From an uncultured Gammaproteobacteria bacterium (GTDB taxonomy: Bacteria; Patescibacteriota; Patescibacteriia; UBA10025; JAHIVO01), in assembly GCA_964628855.1 (NCBI GenBank), contig CAZVMV010000001.1, positions 77,145 to 141,144 on the forward strand: a stretch of 64,000 nucleotides of DNA, in the 5' to 3' direction. The translations under genes were made by a program, and so were the position numbers. Under the pieces are notes generated by a model, which worked only from the letters and a program-made list of their open reading frames with translations, had not been told where the DNA came from and searched no databases. Positions within the stretch are counted from its first letter, which is position 1. Each line of letters starts with the position of its first letter. Below are positions 41,662-50,187 of the stretch, piece after piece.

Positions 41662-42306
41662 TTACAACACTTGCCAATTATAAAGTCGATCTTCCACGAT
41701 TATATGTTTAGATGAATTGGAGGTGGGCCAACGCACCTCAGCGATAATTCTGATGCCAACCTTATTCGGGTAATCAACAACCGAGGATCCTGCTTGTCCG
41801 CAGTCAGTCTGTTCCGTTTGGCTGGCAATCAGCTCTTCTCCCGTATCTTTTTGGCAAATCGGGTTCAGATAAACCATTCGGAAAAACTGGGTACTAGTCC
41901 CAGCCACTGCCGAACCCTGGACGTACTCATTATCGGATTGCTTGACCAGAGTGTACTGGTTATCAGTGAACAGGCTAGGCGAAGGGTCAAAATATAACGG
42001 CGTCACTTCGCTTGTCGGCCATACCTGCGGGGAAAAAGTCACGTCCGTGCCGTTTGACAATCCGCTATCCCAATAAAGCGTGGCCGTGGAGGACCAATTA
42101 CTGTCTCGGATATTGCGCGCGATTTCAACCGCCTCACGTGCCAGACTGGCGCCGATCAGCTTGTTGGTGCTTTCCCGTCCCGCCCTGATGCTTGCCACAA
42201 TCAGGGCAATGGTCGTTATAACAGTTATGGCCAAAATACTGAAAGCGATCAGCAGCTCAAGCAAAGTTTGTCCTTTGTTGTTTGATAGTCTCATATTATA
42301 TTCCAC
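41662..42306 (-). CDS. Type IV prepilin-like minor pilin/pseudopilin.
   Basis: NNKG|QTLLELLIAFSIL has Gln at +1 and Glu at +5. GTG start per the track, with an internal ATG four codons in. Confidence 0.6.
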   Translation of the reverse strand: MEYNMRLSNNKGQTLLELLIAFSILAITVITTIALIVASIRAGRESTNKLIGASLAREAVEIARNIRDSNWSSTATLYWDSGLSNGTDVTFSPQVWPTSEVTPLYFDPSPSLFTDNQYTLVKQSDNEYVQGSAVAGTSTQFFRMVYLNPICQKDTGEELIASQTEQTDCGQAGSSVVDYPNKVGIRIIAEVRWPTSNSSKHIIVEDRLYNWQVL

Positions 42307-42985
42307 AACTCCCCTGATTTTCAGAAACTTGTCCGGAAATCAGGTTAACGGATACCCGCCGGCAAAAGTCTGAAATATGGGAGTTGCGTAAAACTATTTC
42401 AACATTAGTAATGGTAGTATCGATTGCACCGTCTAAATAAATTTTTGCCACGCCCTCGGGTGGGCTGAAGGTAATAGACAGGGGCGTATCAACCTGGTCA
42501 TGGACTGGTGTTATGGATGGACTGACACGATATCCGATTATGCTGACATTCTTTGATTGATTATCCTGATTAATCACCCCATAATCGACGCCGGCATTCG
42601 GCACGCCATCGGGTTGTGTATCCCCAAACATCTGATAAGCGTACCTGTCACCGATGTAGATGCCATATCCGTTGGTAGGTGTGGTATTTTTGCACGCTTT
42701 GAGGTCTGCCGTACTGCCGCAATCAGAATACAGACGGCAGGACATATAAACATTCGCGGATGAATAAACCGGCTGACAATAACTGTAACTGTTGCCAGCG
42801 ATTGTATAGCTCTGGGCGAGTCGGATGTCCTGAAGTAATTTGGTGGACACCCCCCTTAATTCTGTTGAATGACGCCCTGACTGGAAATTTACCAGCACTA
42901 AAGTGGTCATGACCCCGATTATGGCAATCACAACCAGAAGCTCTGCGATCGTGAAACCTTTTTGAAATTTATGGACGCTCCTCAT
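42296..42985 (-). CDS. Type IV prepilin-like minor pilin (GspH/FimT-like).
   Basis: MRSVHKFQKG|[15 protein letters not shown] is a canonical prepilin leader with E+5. Confidence 0.7.
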   Translation of the reverse strand: MRSVHKFQKGFTIAELLVVIAIIGVMTTLVLVNFQSGRHSTELRGVSTKLLQDIRLAQSYTIAGNSYSYCQPVYSSANVYMSCRLYSDCGSTADLKACKNTTPTNGYGIYIGDRYAYQMFGDTQPDGVPNAGVDYGVINQDNQSKNVSIIGYRVSPSITPVHDQVDTPLSITFSPPEGVAKIYLDGAIDTTITNVEIVLRNSHISDFCRRVSVNLISGQVSENQGSCGI

Positions 42986-43734
42986 AGCGAAAAAAGATCA
43001 CGATAATAATCCACCACTGCCGGCCCGATGAAAAACGCGGCATAGGTCGCCAGGGTAAGAAATGTCCCAAATGGTACCTGGCTATGCCATTTTTTTCGGC
43101 GTGTCAGTATCAGACCGACCCCGATTATGGACCCTAGAAAATATGCGGAAACCAAGGCTACAAGCACGTGCGGCCACCCGAGCATCATACCCATCAACAC
43201 ACCTAAACGGATATCGCCTCCACCAATCCATCTTCCCCGCGACACCAGGAATTGTAATAAGAAAAAACCCCCGCCCAAAAGCGCCCCAAAAAAGAGGCTA
43301 ACCACGCTGATCTTCAAAACCAGGGCCGAAAGGATAAAGGCCAATACAATGGCCGGAATGCTTACTTTATCCAGGATCAAATAATATTTCAGGTCAAAAA
43401 CGAATATCAGCATCAGCAGGCAGGCATAAACTAGGTAGACAAAAAATGCCGACGTCAAACCGAACTGCCAATATAATAGAATAAACGAGACTGACATCGC
43501 GGCCTCAACCAAAGGGTATTGCCATGAAATCGGCTTTTGGCAATAACGGCAACGGCCTCTCAATAGTAAAAAACTCACCAAAGGAATGAGGTCCATGGCG
43601 ACAAGATTATGCTTGCAATGCGGGCAATACGACCGACCCCTCATAAAAGATACTCCGACGTGAAGTCGGTAAATAACGGCATTCAAAAAACTGCCTACTA
43701 CCAACCCAAGAATTGCCACCAAAAATGTAATCAT
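42982..43734 (-). CDS. pilD: Prepilin peptidase (A24 family) with an N-terminal tetra-Cys domain.
   Basis: CPHCKH...CRYCQ zinc motif. Polytopic membrane protein. Catalytic-Asp context GGDIRLG. Confidence 0.85.
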   Translation of the reverse strand: MITFLVAILGLVVGSFLNAVIYRLHVGVSFMRGRSYCPHCKHNLVAMDLIPLVSFLLLRGRCRYCQKPISWQYPLVEAAMSVSFILLYWQFGLTSAFFVYLVYACLLMLIFVFDLKYYLILDKVSIPAIVLAFILSALVLKISVVSLFFGALLGGGFFLLQFLVSRGRWIGGGDIRLGVLMGMMLGWPHVLVALVSAYFLGSIIGVGLILTRRKKWHSQVPFGTFLTLATYAAFFIGPAVVDYYRDLFSL

Positions 43735-43798
43735 ATCGTATTGATTATACCAAAAAATACCGAAAATACAAAATCGGGCGTACTTAATAAATTATGGA

Positions 43799-44221
43799 TT
43801 ATTTTATACCGTCCTGCGACAGTACATGCCTGCCAGCGGCAAAATTATCATATGATTTCTCCAGTGTAAAAGTGATCGCGTAACTCTCCGCACCCGGTAC
43901 GCCAGTTACCTGATACTGATATTTCCCCGGATCTTTCATCTGGCCGATTGTCGGTATATATTGCCCCAGATTGCACTGGCTGACAGCCATACCAGTCCTA
44001 TCGCATCCTGACTGGGCCGCCATAGCATAACTGGACGTTTCAGCAAATGTAAGTTCAAAGGCAGCCTGAATTCTGGCCATATCTGCCATCCGCTTCGCAT
44101 CGCGCGATTTGGCCTTTTCCTCATTCAATAGCAGGAAACTAACCCCAATGACCAATCCAAATACGATGATGATAATTATGACCGAAACTGCTGAGATCCC
44201 TCGTTGGTTTGTAATTTTCAT
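43799..44221 (-). CDS. Pilin-like protein with an atypical N-terminus.
   Basis: NQRG|ISAVSVIIIIIVFGLV has no Glu at +5. RDAKRMADMARIQAAFELTF is the conserved pilin alpha1-C pattern. A C-terminal Cys pair (SGCDRTGMAVSQC) forms a D-region-like loop. Confidence 0.45.
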   Translation of the reverse strand: MKITNQRGISAVSVIIIIIVFGLVIGVSFLLLNEEKAKSRDAKRMADMARIQAAFELTFAETSSYAMAAQSGCDRTGMAVSQCNLGQYIPTIGQMKDPGKYQYQVTGVPGAESYAITFTLEKSYDNFAAGRHVLSQDGIK

Positions 44222-44239
44222 ACGAATAATTATATACGG

Positions 44240-44731
44240 TTATGGTAATGGCGTACAGGCGTTAGCTTCGCTGAAGACACCGCTAGAATAAAAGACCCTC
44301 CAGGTATAGTTAACGCTCTCTTTCAAAAGGCATATTTTATAATTCCTGTTACCATTTACTTCATTGGTATCGTACTGATAATAATAGTTCGGCCCGTTCA
44401 TCGGGTCTACAAATACTTGGGAGGTATATTTGGGAACGAGCGGGTTGGCCACCCCTGAAAAAATTGAACCATCGGGCGGATTATTACTCGTATCGGCCGT
44501 GGTGCCGCCTCCAGAAATTGTCGGCGGATAGCTGTCGTAGTCGTCGAAATACAGGAACAGCGCTAACCGTAATTGCGATAAATCTGAAATGCGCCTAGCG
44601 TCACGGGCGGATTCTCTGGCATCCTGGATAGCCGCCATGCCCATGACTGACAATAACCCGATTATGGCTATTACGATTATCAGCTCAATTATCGAAAAAC
44701 CTCCCAATTTTTCATCCTGCCCAATTCGCAT
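44240..44731 (-). CDS. Type IV pilin.
   Basis: DEKLGG|FSIIELIIVIAIIGLL, then ARESARDARRISDLSQLRLALFLY. Confidence 0.75.
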   Translation of the reverse strand: MRIGQDEKLGGFSIIELIIVIAIIGLLSVMGMAAIQDARESARDARRISDLSQLRLALFLYFDDYDSYPPTISGGGTTADTSNNPPDGSIFSGVANPLVPKYTSQVFVDPMNGPNYYYQYDTNEVNGNRNYKICLLKESVNYTWRVFYSSGVFSEANACTPLP

Positions 44732-44773
44732 AATTTATCTGTAATAAAGAGGTTATACCTACATTATACTCGG

Positions 44774-46741
44774 CTATGGAAGTTCCTTCAATTTCTGTTC
44801 TGCCAGCGAGAAGCCAGGCCTCAGCCTGACCGCTTCTTGAAAATGGCTTCGCGCATTGTTATTGTCGCCAACTGCCTCAAAATTTTGCCCTAATAATAAA
44901 TGGAGAAAAGCAAGCTGGGTCGGCAAATTCGGGTTACTTGTCTGTTCCAAACTTCCATATTTATCCAAAATCGTGATGATGGTTTTTTGGGAATTATCAT
45001 AGTCCTTCCTGTTGAAATAAACCAAAGCAGCCGAATAATAAAAATCCGGACGGAAAACAGGATTGTAATAAATCGCTTGTTCGTATTCCTGCAACGCCTC
45101 CGACTCCTCGCGATCAGCATAATGCAGCTGGCCCAGATAGAAATGTCCGGAGTAATATTCGGGGTTTCGTTTTAATGCCGTTTTCAGATTTTCCTTGAGC
45201 TTTGATTGCTGATCTTTCGACAATACTTGATACCCGATTCCGAGGGCACTAACTTCATTGATCAGATAGCTAGGATCAGGATCAAATCGCCCGCCCTGAT
45301 CATAATAATTGTAACTGATTTCGAAGTCCCCAGTGATTGCGGCTTGTTCGCCTTTTTGGAAATTATTCACGCCCAAGAATAATGTGCACCCACGTACTAA
45401 AAACGCGATCGCCACTAATGCTAACATTACTTGGGCAGTTATAATAAGCCCTCGATTAACTTTTGTAATTCCGCCGACAGCGGGCTCAGGTTGTTCTGAA
45501 TTTTTCGCAGACATAGCTCCAATACACATCCAAAACAAAATAAACACGGCGGGGAACTGCCAGCCGAAATCAAAAAGCGAATGTATGGCCGATCCGACCA
45601 CGCTAATCCATACCCCGAAAAAAATTATTTTCTTTTCAGGATCAACTTGAGTCATTGATTTCTTATAAGTACGTGCGACCAGTAGGACAACAAATGCCAT
45701 AAACGCCAACCCGCCAATGATGCCCGTTTCAGCGGCAGTTTGCAGATAGTAATTATGTGTATACCTGGGCTGTTCCAATAAACTGGTTGCGTAACGGGCA
45801 TAAACCAGTTGGAAGGTGTTATAACCAAAACCAATCAGCGGACTCTCCTGAACCATCCGGATGGCAGCCCTGTCAAAATTTAGCCGCTGGTTGAAACTGG
45901 TGATTAAATGCTGCTTATTGATTGTCGAATGTATTTTTACCGCCTCCGACCAGTTTTGGCTCTGGCTGTAACGGAAAACAACAACGACTGCCAGCATAAC
46001 GAAAATCAACAAGGCCCCAATAAATATTTTTTTCCGGGTAAATAATGTTTTACGGAAAAAAATCACCAACATCATGCCTGGGATAATAAAACTGACCCAA
46101 CTGGTATAGGAATATGTCAGTGCGAATGCAGCAATGATAATCCCGAGACAAGCGTAAAAAAAGAAACGTATTTTTTTGCCTGCTTTTTGGGCTGTAAGCA
46201 TGATGCCGATTGGCAGAGAAAACAACAAATAGCTACCCAGCGCATTCGCGTTAAACAGGAAACCCGACCCGCGGTTTTCTGCCTGGAAGGCAAACATCAC
46301 CAGGGAAATCAACGCTGCAATTGCTCCGACAAAAAAAACCACGTTAATAATTAACCTGACCCACCGCCACTCCCGAAAAAATAAAATAGCCCCGAAAAAA
46401 ATAATAACATAGCCAGCCAGCAAAAAAAGCAGGCTGATACTGTCATAATGGTTTGAGGAAAAAAATACCGAAACCGCGACCGCCAATAAAAATACCACCA
46501 AATAGGAAATTGGCGACGAGATAACCGAACGTAGCGAAACCGGGGATACTATAGTCCGCTGCCCGATAAGTATAATCAAATAAAAAGCCAATAGTGACGT
46601 AGAGACAAGGATAGCAGCTTGGAGCCATTTACTCCATTCGCCGCCGAAGAAAGACGGGACAACGATCAGGAAAACAAACAAACCAAAAACAATCTTTTGT
46701 CTGAACGAATTGATATCACGTGAAATTGCATCAAGCATCAT
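44774..46741 (-). CDS. Wzy_C / O-antigen-ligase-family membrane protein with a C-terminal TPR domain, a candidate pilin O-oligosaccharyltransferase (PglL/TfpO-like).
   Basis: About 12 TM helices with a large loop containing the Wzy_C region (IGFGYNTFQLVY...HNYYLQTAAETGIIG). The C-terminal 200 aa carry TPR-like repeats (EALQEYEQAIYYNP, ARSHFQEAVRLRP). Flanked by pilin genes and a GT2. Confidence 0.6.
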   Translation of the reverse strand: MMLDAISRDINSFRQKIVFGLFVFLIVVPSFFGGEWSKWLQAAILVSTSLLAFYLIILIGQRTIVSPVSLRSVISSPISYLVVFLLAVAVSVFFSSNHYDSISLLFLLAGYVIIFFGAILFFREWRWVRLIINVVFFVGAIAALISLVMFAFQAENRGSGFLFNANALGSYLLFSLPIGIMLTAQKAGKKIRFFFYACLGIIIAAFALTYSYTSWVSFIIPGMMLVIFFRKTLFTRKKIFIGALLIFVMLAVVVVFRYSQSQNWSEAVKIHSTINKQHLITSFNQRLNFDRAAIRMVQESPLIGFGYNTFQLVYARYATSLLEQPRYTHNYYLQTAAETGIIGGLAFMAFVVLLVARTYKKSMTQVDPEKKIIFFGVWISVVGSAIHSLFDFGWQFPAVFILFWMCIGAMSAKNSEQPEPAVGGITKVNRGLIITAQVMLALVAIAFLVRGCTLFLGVNNFQKGEQAAITGDFEISYNYYDQGGRFDPDPSYLINEVSALGIGYQVLSKDQQSKLKENLKTALKRNPEYYSGHFYLGQLHYADREESEALQEYEQAIYYNPVFRPDFYYSAALVYFNRKDYDNSQKTIITILDKYGSLEQTSNPNLPTQLAFLHLLLGQNFEAVGDNNNARSHFQEAVRLRPGFSLAEQKLKELP

Positions 46742-46788
46742 AACGTAAGTATAACAAAAATTTCGCCATGCTGACAGGCACAGCTTGA

Positions 46789-47769
46789 CTAAAACTTGGC
46801 CAGGCTGAATTTACCTGACCAGTCTCTGATTTGGCGGGGACTGACTCTCCTTTTTGCCTGGATTTGCGTCCGCTGGTATAGGAGTCTAGGCAAAGACAAA
46901 ACCAAGGAAATAATTATTTTTGCATACACCCAGATATTTTCAGTAAATGACAATCGATAATCCGCATCGACTGACTCCCTGCCTTTCACGGCTGGTAACC
47001 AAAAGCGGAGCGGGTAATTCTTAATGGCTGAGAAAATCCTGTTTCGCCCGGAGTGGTACCGCCGGAACATATATGACATTTTTTTAGTGGTCGACGCCAC
47101 TTTATGGTAAACCACGGCACGTGGCTCATACATTATCTTCCACCCGCGTAACCTGGCTCTGATAGACAGGTCCGTATCCTCGATATATGCAAAAAAATGG
47201 CGGTCAAAATAACCACCTGATGTTTTACAATCCTCCAACATTTCACGCCTGTACAGCGCTGCCCCAGCCCTGGCAGAAAAACATTCTTCAGTGTGTTCAA
47301 ATTGCCCAACGTCTTCCTGCCCATATCCGCGGGTTATGACTTTCATGGTACCTGGCTGGAGAAAATCTCCGGCAGAATCAATTTTACTACGTTCATAGAA
47401 AAACTTGATTTTGCTGGAAATGGCACCGATGGACTCGTCCTGCTCAGCCAAACTAACTAATCCTCTGAGCCAATCCTTTTCAACCTCGGTATCGTTATTC
47501 AAGGTAACGAGATACTTGCTGTCCGAATTTTGCATCGCCTCTGTTATGCCGATATTATTCCCTTCGGCAAATCCTGTATTCTTATGCAGACAGATTACTT
47601 TGACTTTAGGAAAGTTTTTTTCGACGAAAGGCACAGAATCATCGCTGGATCCGTTATCGACAAATATAACGCTAAAATCCTCATAAGTCTGCGCAAAGAC
47701 AGAACGCAGGCATACATCCAAATGCTCACGGCCGTTCCAATTGACTATGATAATCGAGACGGTCGACAT
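46789..47769 (-). CDS. Family 2 glycosyltransferase.
   Basis: VSIIIVNWNG, DNGSSD and the DxD context form a GT-A fold signature. 326 aa. Confidence 0.8.
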   Translation of the reverse strand: MSTVSIIIVNWNGREHLDVCLRSVFAQTYEDFSVIFVDNGSSDDSVPFVEKNFPKVKVICLHKNTGFAEGNNIGITEAMQNSDSKYLVTLNNDTEVEKDWLRGLVSLAEQDESIGAISSKIKFFYERSKIDSAGDFLQPGTMKVITRGYGQEDVGQFEHTEECFSARAGAALYRREMLEDCKTSGGYFDRHFFAYIEDTDLSIRARLRGWKIMYEPRAVVYHKVASTTKKMSYMFRRYHSGRNRIFSAIKNYPLRFWLPAVKGRESVDADYRLSFTENIWVYAKIIISLVLSLPRLLYQRTQIQAKRRVSPRQIRDWSGKFSLAKF

Positions 47770-47912
47770 GGTATCTTACTGTAAACTATAAGTGCTATTC
47801 AAAACTTAATTGATAATAATTACTACACGACCCTATCATTGTACATAAAACCGAACAAAACAAAAAGCGCCCCCTTAATCGGAGACGCTTTTTGTATGTA
47901 ATATCCTAATTA

Positions 47913-48350
47913 CTAGAAAGTAGTGCAACCAGCAACGCTGGTCACCTTATCGCCTGACGCACCGTCACCTGCTACATAGAAGTAGTTTGTCGGAGTTGTA
48001 GGCGATTCAAGTGTCGCGTAAAGTACGTAGGTAGAGACATTACGTGTCGCACTCGTGCATTGCTCATAAACATAATGCCTTGTAGTAATCGGGTCGTCTG
48101 GCAATTTGGAAATATAATTCGGGACTAGCGGAGTATTGAGTGCAGTGTAGGCTACGTTTGGATAACCACCGTTATTGTCATCCGCATACAGTGTCAAGGC
48201 AGTCTTGACCTGAGAAATATCTGATTTGCGGGTCGCGTCGCGGGCCTTTTCACGGGCACCGTTTAAAGCGACTAACCCGATGGTTGCCAAAATACCGATG
48301 ATGGCGATAACCACCAATAACTCAATTAAAGTGAAACCTTTTTTATTCAT
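47913..48350 (-). CDS. pilA: Major type IV pilin (PilA-like).
   Basis: MNKKG|[47 protein letters not shown] and a C-terminal Cys pair. Start set at the internal ATG preceded by GGGGGTGAAG, which drops 53 codons of the tracked ORF. First gene after pilC and its own promoter. Confidence 0.8.
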   Translation of the reverse strand: MNKKGFTLIELLVVIAIIGILATIGLVALNGAREKARDATRKSDISQVKTALTLYADDNNGGYPNVAYTALNTPLVPNYISKLPDDPITTRHYVYEQCTSATRNVSTYVLYATLESPTTPTNYFYVAGDGASGDKVTSVAGCTTF

Positions 48351-48507
48351 TTCTTCACCCCCTTTCGATGGTCCGCAAACTGCTGACATCCCATGCTTAC
48401 CATGGCGTTCACAGATCACGGATCCGTTTGACCCGTGCTTGGTCATGGTGGCAAGGAACTGCCGGAAGATGGCGGAGGATTTATTTGCTAAGAAAGAGCA
48501 AAAGTCC

Positions 48508-48536
48508 AATAATACTGACTTAATAATAGCACATTT
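48508..48536 (-). promoter_or_regulatory. Candidate sigma70-type promoter for pilA.
   Basis: Minus-strand TTGACA-N17-TATTAT lies ~160 nt upstream of the pilA ATG and just downstream of the pilC stop. No sigma54 -24/-12 element was found. Confidence 0.3.
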
Positions 48537-48553
48537 TCAGCAACTTGTCAAAG

Positions 48554-49762
48554 CTAGATGGCATTCGACATATTGTAAATCGGCATGATTATGGCGGCTA
48601 CCAGGAACCCTACCGCTACGCCCATAATGACCATGATAATGGGCTCTATCAGGGTGGTTAAGTTGGCCAGAGAATTCTCCAACTCACGGGTATAAAAATC
48701 AGCTACCTTCAACAATATCTTGTCCAATTGGCCCGACTGTTCACCGACACTCATCATTTGGGACAACATGATAGGGACGTCCTTGCTTTTCACGAATACG
48801 CTGGTTATTGAAGCACCAGCTTCGACCTGCTTGATCGTCTCTTGGATGAGTGTGCGATAAATCGTATTGCCCACCACGTCGGAGGTTATGTCCAATGACT
48901 GCGTCAGGGTAACACCGGAAGCCAGAAGCGTTGATAATGAACGTGAAAACCTCGCGATATACAACCGACTGAATATCGGACTGAGAATCGGTAATTTCAA
49001 TTTTAACAGGTCTATCCGTTTTCTGCCTTCTTCGGTCTTCGATATATATCGATAGGCAATGAATAGGCCAATGACCAGAATAAACAAAACCCACCAATAC
49101 GAGGTCAAAAAACCGCTGAGCCCCATCAAAATCCTGGTCGGGAGGGGTAATTGTGTGGCTGATGACTCAAAAATAGAGGTGATTTGCGGCAGCACGAAAA
49201 CCATCATCATCACTGCAACCCCGCCCAAAGCAACCAGAATAAAGGCGGGGTAAATCATGGCGCCGCGGGCCTTGGCCATCATATCATAATCTTTTTCATT
49301 TTGATCAGCCAGATAAACCAAAATCTCATCCAGGCGGCCGGTGGTTTCTGCCGACCTAACCATCTGGATGAAAAAGTTTGAAAATACTTTTGGATAACGC
49401 GCCAGTGATTGCGAGAGTTTGGCGCCACCGTCGACCTCATCGGCAATATCTGAGATGATAGACTTGAATTTGTTATTCTCCGTCTGCCTGACCAGCACCT
49501 TCAGGGCGCGTACGATCGGCACGTTTGACGAGATCATCACGGAAAGCTGGCGTGAAAACATGACAACTTCTTTCGGCTTCACCGGTTTCCCAAATGTCAT
49601 ACCGCCGCTCAAGAACTTCATCTTTTTCTGCTCTTTCAGGTCTACGATAAAAAGATTTTTGTCGCGCAAAATACCATAGGCCACATTCTCTGTTGGGGCC
49701 ACGACGACACCGCTCACCAGCTCGCCCAATTGACTCCGCGCTTTGTATGCGTAATCGGCCAT
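48554..49762 (-). CDS. pilC: Type IV pilus platform protein PilC (GspF family).
   Basis: 402 aa with two GspF repeats and three TM segments. Confidence 0.9.
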   Translation of the reverse strand: MADYAYKARSQLGELVSGVVVAPTENVAYGILRDKNLFIVDLKEQKKMKFLSGGMTFGKPVKPKEVVMFSRQLSVMISSNVPIVRALKVLVRQTENNKFKSIISDIADEVDGGAKLSQSLARYPKVFSNFFIQMVRSAETTGRLDEILVYLADQNEKDYDMMAKARGAMIYPAFILVALGGVAVMMMVFVLPQITSIFESSATQLPLPTRILMGLSGFLTSYWWVLFILVIGLFIAYRYISKTEEGRKRIDLLKLKLPILSPIFSRLYIARFSRSLSTLLASGVTLTQSLDITSDVVGNTIYRTLIQETIKQVEAGASITSVFVKSKDVPIMLSQMMSVGEQSGQLDKILLKVADFYTRELENSLANLTTLIEPIIMVIMGVAVGFLVAAIIMPIYNMSNAI

Positions 49763-49775
49763 GGTTTATTTAAAT

Positions 49776-50162
49776 TTATTTCACGTATTTTTTAATCTTC
49801 TCCACCACCTCTGAAGGCATGAAGTGTGCCTTGATGAGGTAGTCAGACGCGCCTAAATCAAGGCCTTTCTGGACATCGTCTCGCTGACCAAGGTTAGTCA
49901 GTAAAATTACCGGGATGTTCTTCGTCGAAGGATCCTCTTTCAGACTCTTTAATACGTCAAACCCGCTCATCTTTGGGAGCACAATGTCCAGCAAGATGAT
50001 TGACGGCAACTCGGCCTGGGCCATCTTGAGGCCTTTTTCCCCATCCGGTGCCAGATGGACTTCGAAATTTTCCAGGTTAAGCTTGGCCACGTACATGCCG
50101 GCCAAAAAAGCGTCATCTTCGACTAAAACGATTTTTATTTTGGATCCCTTGGTGTTAGCCAT
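49776..50162 (-). CDS. Stand-alone CheY-like receiver (PilH/PilG-like) inside the pil operon.
   Basis: IVLVEDD, LLDIVLPKMSGFDVL and LLTNLGQRDDVQKGLDLGASDYLIK. Paralogue of 34825..35232. Confidence 0.8.
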   Translation of the reverse strand: MANTKGSKIKIVLVEDDAFLAGMYVAKLNLENFEVHLAPDGEKGLKMAQAELPSIILLDIVLPKMSGFDVLKSLKEDPSTKNIPVILLTNLGQRDDVQKGLDLGASDYLIKAHFMPSEVVEKIKKYVK

Positions 50163-50187
50163 ATGGTTATTTCTAATGTATTAGAAT

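Noticed and set aside
47913-48509. 198-aa version of pilA with a 53-aa N-terminal extension.
   Set aside because: Canonical prepilin leaders are short. An internal ATG preceded by GGGGGTGAAG gives the classic MNKKG|FTLIE start. The upstream frame reads through the promoter or 5'-UTR region.
48351-48553. Sigma54 (-24/-12) promoter upstream of pilA, as in many major-pilin genes.
   Set aside because: No TGGCAC-N5-TTGC-type element with correct spacing was found. A sigma70-like TTGACA-N17-TATTAT is present instead.
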